From positions 384,001 to 448,000 of the forward strand of contig OY970208.1 in the NCBI GenBank assembly GCA_963713865.1: DNA of 64,000 bases. The letters are read 5' to 3'. This DNA is from an uncultured candidate division Zixibacteria bacterium. GTDB lineage: Bacteria; Zixibacteria; MSB-5A5; RBG-16-43-9. Positions 62,094 through 64,000 of this stretch are shown piece by piece. Every line of letters starts with the position of its first letter. The first letter of the stretch is position 1. The notes beneath the pieces were generated by a model. It saw nothing but the letters and a program-made list of their open reading frames with translations, was not told the origin of the DNA and did not search any database. A program made the translations under genes and the position numbers.

Positions 62094-62663
62094 ATGAAAG
62101 AAAATACCACTATAACAAAGACTCTTGATAGTTCAAGAAAGATTATTACAATAATTCTAATTTTTCAAATATTCCTGCTCCTCCTAACATTTGCGCTTTT
62201 ATTTATCAATAATGCAACACAATTGTATTTATTTAATATCGGATATTCTATCATTATAAATGCAGCTCTCTTTGGATTTGCAGGCTGTTTAATTTATTTT
62301 TCGCGTAAAAGCTATGTCTACTTAATAACAAATAAATTTTTGAAAATAGTAAACGATAACACTACAAATAAAGGAATTGATGATTATGTGATTTCTAATA
62401 TTATTTATGGATATTATTTATATTTGGCCCTACGACCTTTTGTAGGTCTTATTATCGGCCCAATTATATATATGTTAGTTCTTACAGGGTTAATTACTTT
62501 TATGAAAACTTCTATTTCAATGGACGCTGATTTATCACGATCTGGAAGATATTTAATTTATTTTCTCTCATTTATTGGCGGACATGCATCGAGCGATATT
62601 TTAGATTATTTTTCAAAATTAGCAAAAAAAATAGTTGAAAAAAGTAACGAAAAAATATCCTAG
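62094..62663 (+). CDS. 4-TM hypothetical protein, candidate membrane effector
   Basis: Four hydrophobic helices; GFAGCL, YLALRPFVG, FIGG motifs. Confidence 0.75.
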   Translation: MKENTTITKTLDSSRKIITIILIFQIFLLLLTFALLFINNATQLYLFNIGYSIIINAALFGFAGCLIYFSRKSYVYLITNKFLKIVNDNTTNKGIDDYVISNIIYGYYLYLALRPFVGLIIGPIIYMLVLTGLITFMKTSISMDADLSRSGRYLIYFLSFIGGHASSDILDYFSKLAKKIVEKSNEKIS

Positions 62664-62699
62664 AGGGGACGGTTCTATTTGAAGAATGCCCGAAACTTC

Positions 62700-62803
62700 A
62701 TTTAACAACAGGCTTGCGCAAAGGCCAACAGGCAAACAAAAACGCTTTATTATTGAATCCCTTGACTCTGGTGTTTTTGTTTCGCAAGCCCACCACGTTA
62801 TAC
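62700..62803 (+). mobile_element. attC site
   Basis: R'' ATTTAAC (RYYYAAC); GGCTTGCG(C)AA / TTCGCAAGCC with one extra base; inner stem AAACAAAAACGC/GTGTTTTTGTTT; GTT at 62797; 104 bp. Confidence 0.82.
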
Positions 62804-62889
62804 TCCCTCGTTTAGTCCGATTTTGCCCGCCTTATGCGGACTGTTTAAAGACATAATGAAATTTCTGTCCTACGGAGAAAAATATTCTA

Positions 62890-63026
62890 TTTTGTAGTTG
62901 CCCAAATTATTGGGCATTTGATTTTTCAGTTCGTAGCGTCCGGACCCGTATCGGACGCTATTTTTTGGTAGATTTTGCCGGACAGACTTCATTGGCCCGA
63001 CCTACTTTATAAAATCTCCTTGACAA
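62890..63026 (+). repeat. GTAG-REP cluster plus TTGACA; right copy of the direct repeat
   Basis: Same REP order as 56866-57036; TTGACA 90 bp from the start of the identical 26-mer in both copies. Confidence 0.8.
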
Positions 63027-63141
63027 CGTACACGTTAAAATTATTTTAGCTTTGAACAGTTATGATTATAAGCACAGATTAAATCTAAACATTTCAGCGA
63101 TATTCCCTGGTCTTAACCGGAGAATATCCGAAGGAGGAAAG

Positions 63142-63786
63142 ATGAAAAAGATGAGTGCACTGGTTGTTCTCTTGGCGCTTTTGACTGGAGGTATTATGAA
63201 TGCCCAGGATTTAAAAACCATAAAGCTTCCTGCTCCCGCTTTAAAGAACGACAAACTGTTCATGCAAACAGTAAAAGAGAGAAAAAGCAGCCGGGAATTC
63301 TCCGAAAAGGAGCTCAGCCTGCAGGACCTGTCTAACCTGCTCTGGTGTGCCAACGGGGTTAACCGGCCGGAAAGCGGAATGCGCACCAGCCCCTCAGCCA
63401 TGAATAAGCAGGACGTGGACGTTTATGCAGTATTGAAAGATGGGATATATCTGTATGAAGCCATAAAGCATGAGCTACTTCCTGTCGTTTCCGGAGATTT
63501 TCGCAAAAATACCGGTATGCAGCCCTATGTAGGCACTGCCCCTCTGAACCTGGTCTATGTTTCCGATCTTGCTAAATTCGATTTCGTTAAAGAGCGGGAA
63601 GGGCAGGTTATGACTGCAGCCATAGATGCCGGACACTGTTCGCAGAATGTGTATCTGTATGGAGCTGCCGCCAACCTGGCGGTTGTCACCCGCACCTCGA
63701 TTGATAAGACAAAAATGGCTGAAATATTAAAACTGAGACCCCAGCAGCTGGTCATAATGGCACAAACCGTCGGTTACCCGAAATGA
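63142..63786 (+). CDS. Exported SagB/ThcOx-like nitroreductase
   Basis: ERKSSREF, LSNLLW.A.G.NR, RTSPSA, DAGH.SQNVYL; AAGGAGG RBS. Confidence 0.88.
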   Translation: MKKMSALVVLLALLTGGIMNAQDLKTIKLPAPALKNDKLFMQTVKERKSSREFSEKELSLQDLSNLLWCANGVNRPESGMRTSPSAMNKQDVDVYAVLKDGIYLYEAIKHELLPVVSGDFRKNTGMQPYVGTAPLNLVYVSDLAKFDFVKEREGQVMTAAIDAGHCSQNVYLYGAAANLAVVTRTSIDKTKMAEILKLRPQQLVIMAQTVGYPK

Positions 63787-63912
63787 GTAGGTTGGGTTTC
63801 GATAGCTACCCATCTACGAAAAAGTAGCGTTGCCACTCCGGCCCTACGGGGGCTTGCTCTGGCAACGATATTTATTAACAGATAATCGTCCTCACTGGAG
63901 TGAGGACGCTAC
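63787..63912. repeat. GTAG-type REP cluster
   Basis: GTAGGTTGGGT..ACCCATCTAC; GTAGCGTTGCCA..TGGCAACG; CGTCCTCAC..GTGAGGACGCTAC. Confidence 0.7.
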
Positions 63913-63943
63913 GGTTTTTATTAAATTTGTTCAATTAATACTT

Positions 63944-64000
63944 ATGTCTGAAATCAAATATCGAAAAGCAAATAGTAAAGACGCGAATGCCATATCGCTC
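63944..64000 (+). CDS. Possible GNAT acetyltransferase N-terminus, cut by the window edge
   Basis: MSEIKYRKANSKDANAISL resembles the GNAT start I.YR.A...D...I. Confidence 0.4.
   Translation, partial: MSEIKYRKANSKDANAISL

Larger units (their letters stand above)
57177..62803 (+). mobile_element. Integron gene cassette (about 5.62 kb) carrying a four-gene operon
   Basis: GTTAAATGAAATTTCGGG (57177-57194) versus CCCGAAACTTCATTTAAC (62689-62706), 17/18 complementary; attC follows. Confidence 0.8.

Noticed and set aside
57383-62663. Canonical Druantia, CBASS or Avs call
   Set aside because: No DruE helicase, no cyclase motif and no TPR sensor array
1-64000. Integron integrase, transposase, tRNA or rRNA genes; many short antisense ORFs
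   Set aside because: No tyrosine-recombinase or transposase ORF and no RNA gene recognised; the antisense ORFs shadow well-supported genes

Overview
Low-GC bacterial chromosome segment. The GWxTD proteins, TSP3-OmpA proteins and housekeeping gene style suggest an FCB-related lineage such as Zixibacteria (inference only). Left to right: an iron/metal-related cluster interspersed with decayed attC-like sites; ecfT-truA-fsa-purB, a frameshifted single-polypeptide R-M gene, psd-pssA-purS-purQ; cstA; a GGDEF-nagZ-anmK-spoIID operon; two tandem TSP3-OmpA paralogues; mazG; natAB; two GWxTD proteins; a MacAB-TolC-like set; hppA; tonB-exbD-exbD-exbB; a TPR protein; a YbhGFSR-like exporter; a nitroreductase. 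The main finding is an AT-rich four-gene operon at 57383-62663: orphan DruA-like protein, Zn-ribbon/Ser-Thr kinase/ORC-CDC6-like ATPase fusion, tandem CARF-like Rossmann protein and a 4-TM protein. It looks like one 5.6-kb integron gene cassette: core site GTTAAATGAAATTTCGGG at 57177, its 17/18 complement at 62689 opening a well-formed attC (62700-62803), a perfect TTGACA-17-TATAAT promoter upstream and no integrase in the window. It is a candidate undescribed anti-phage system. Four single-base frameshifts elsewhere may be assembly errors. All calls are from reading motifs by eye; no database searches were run.
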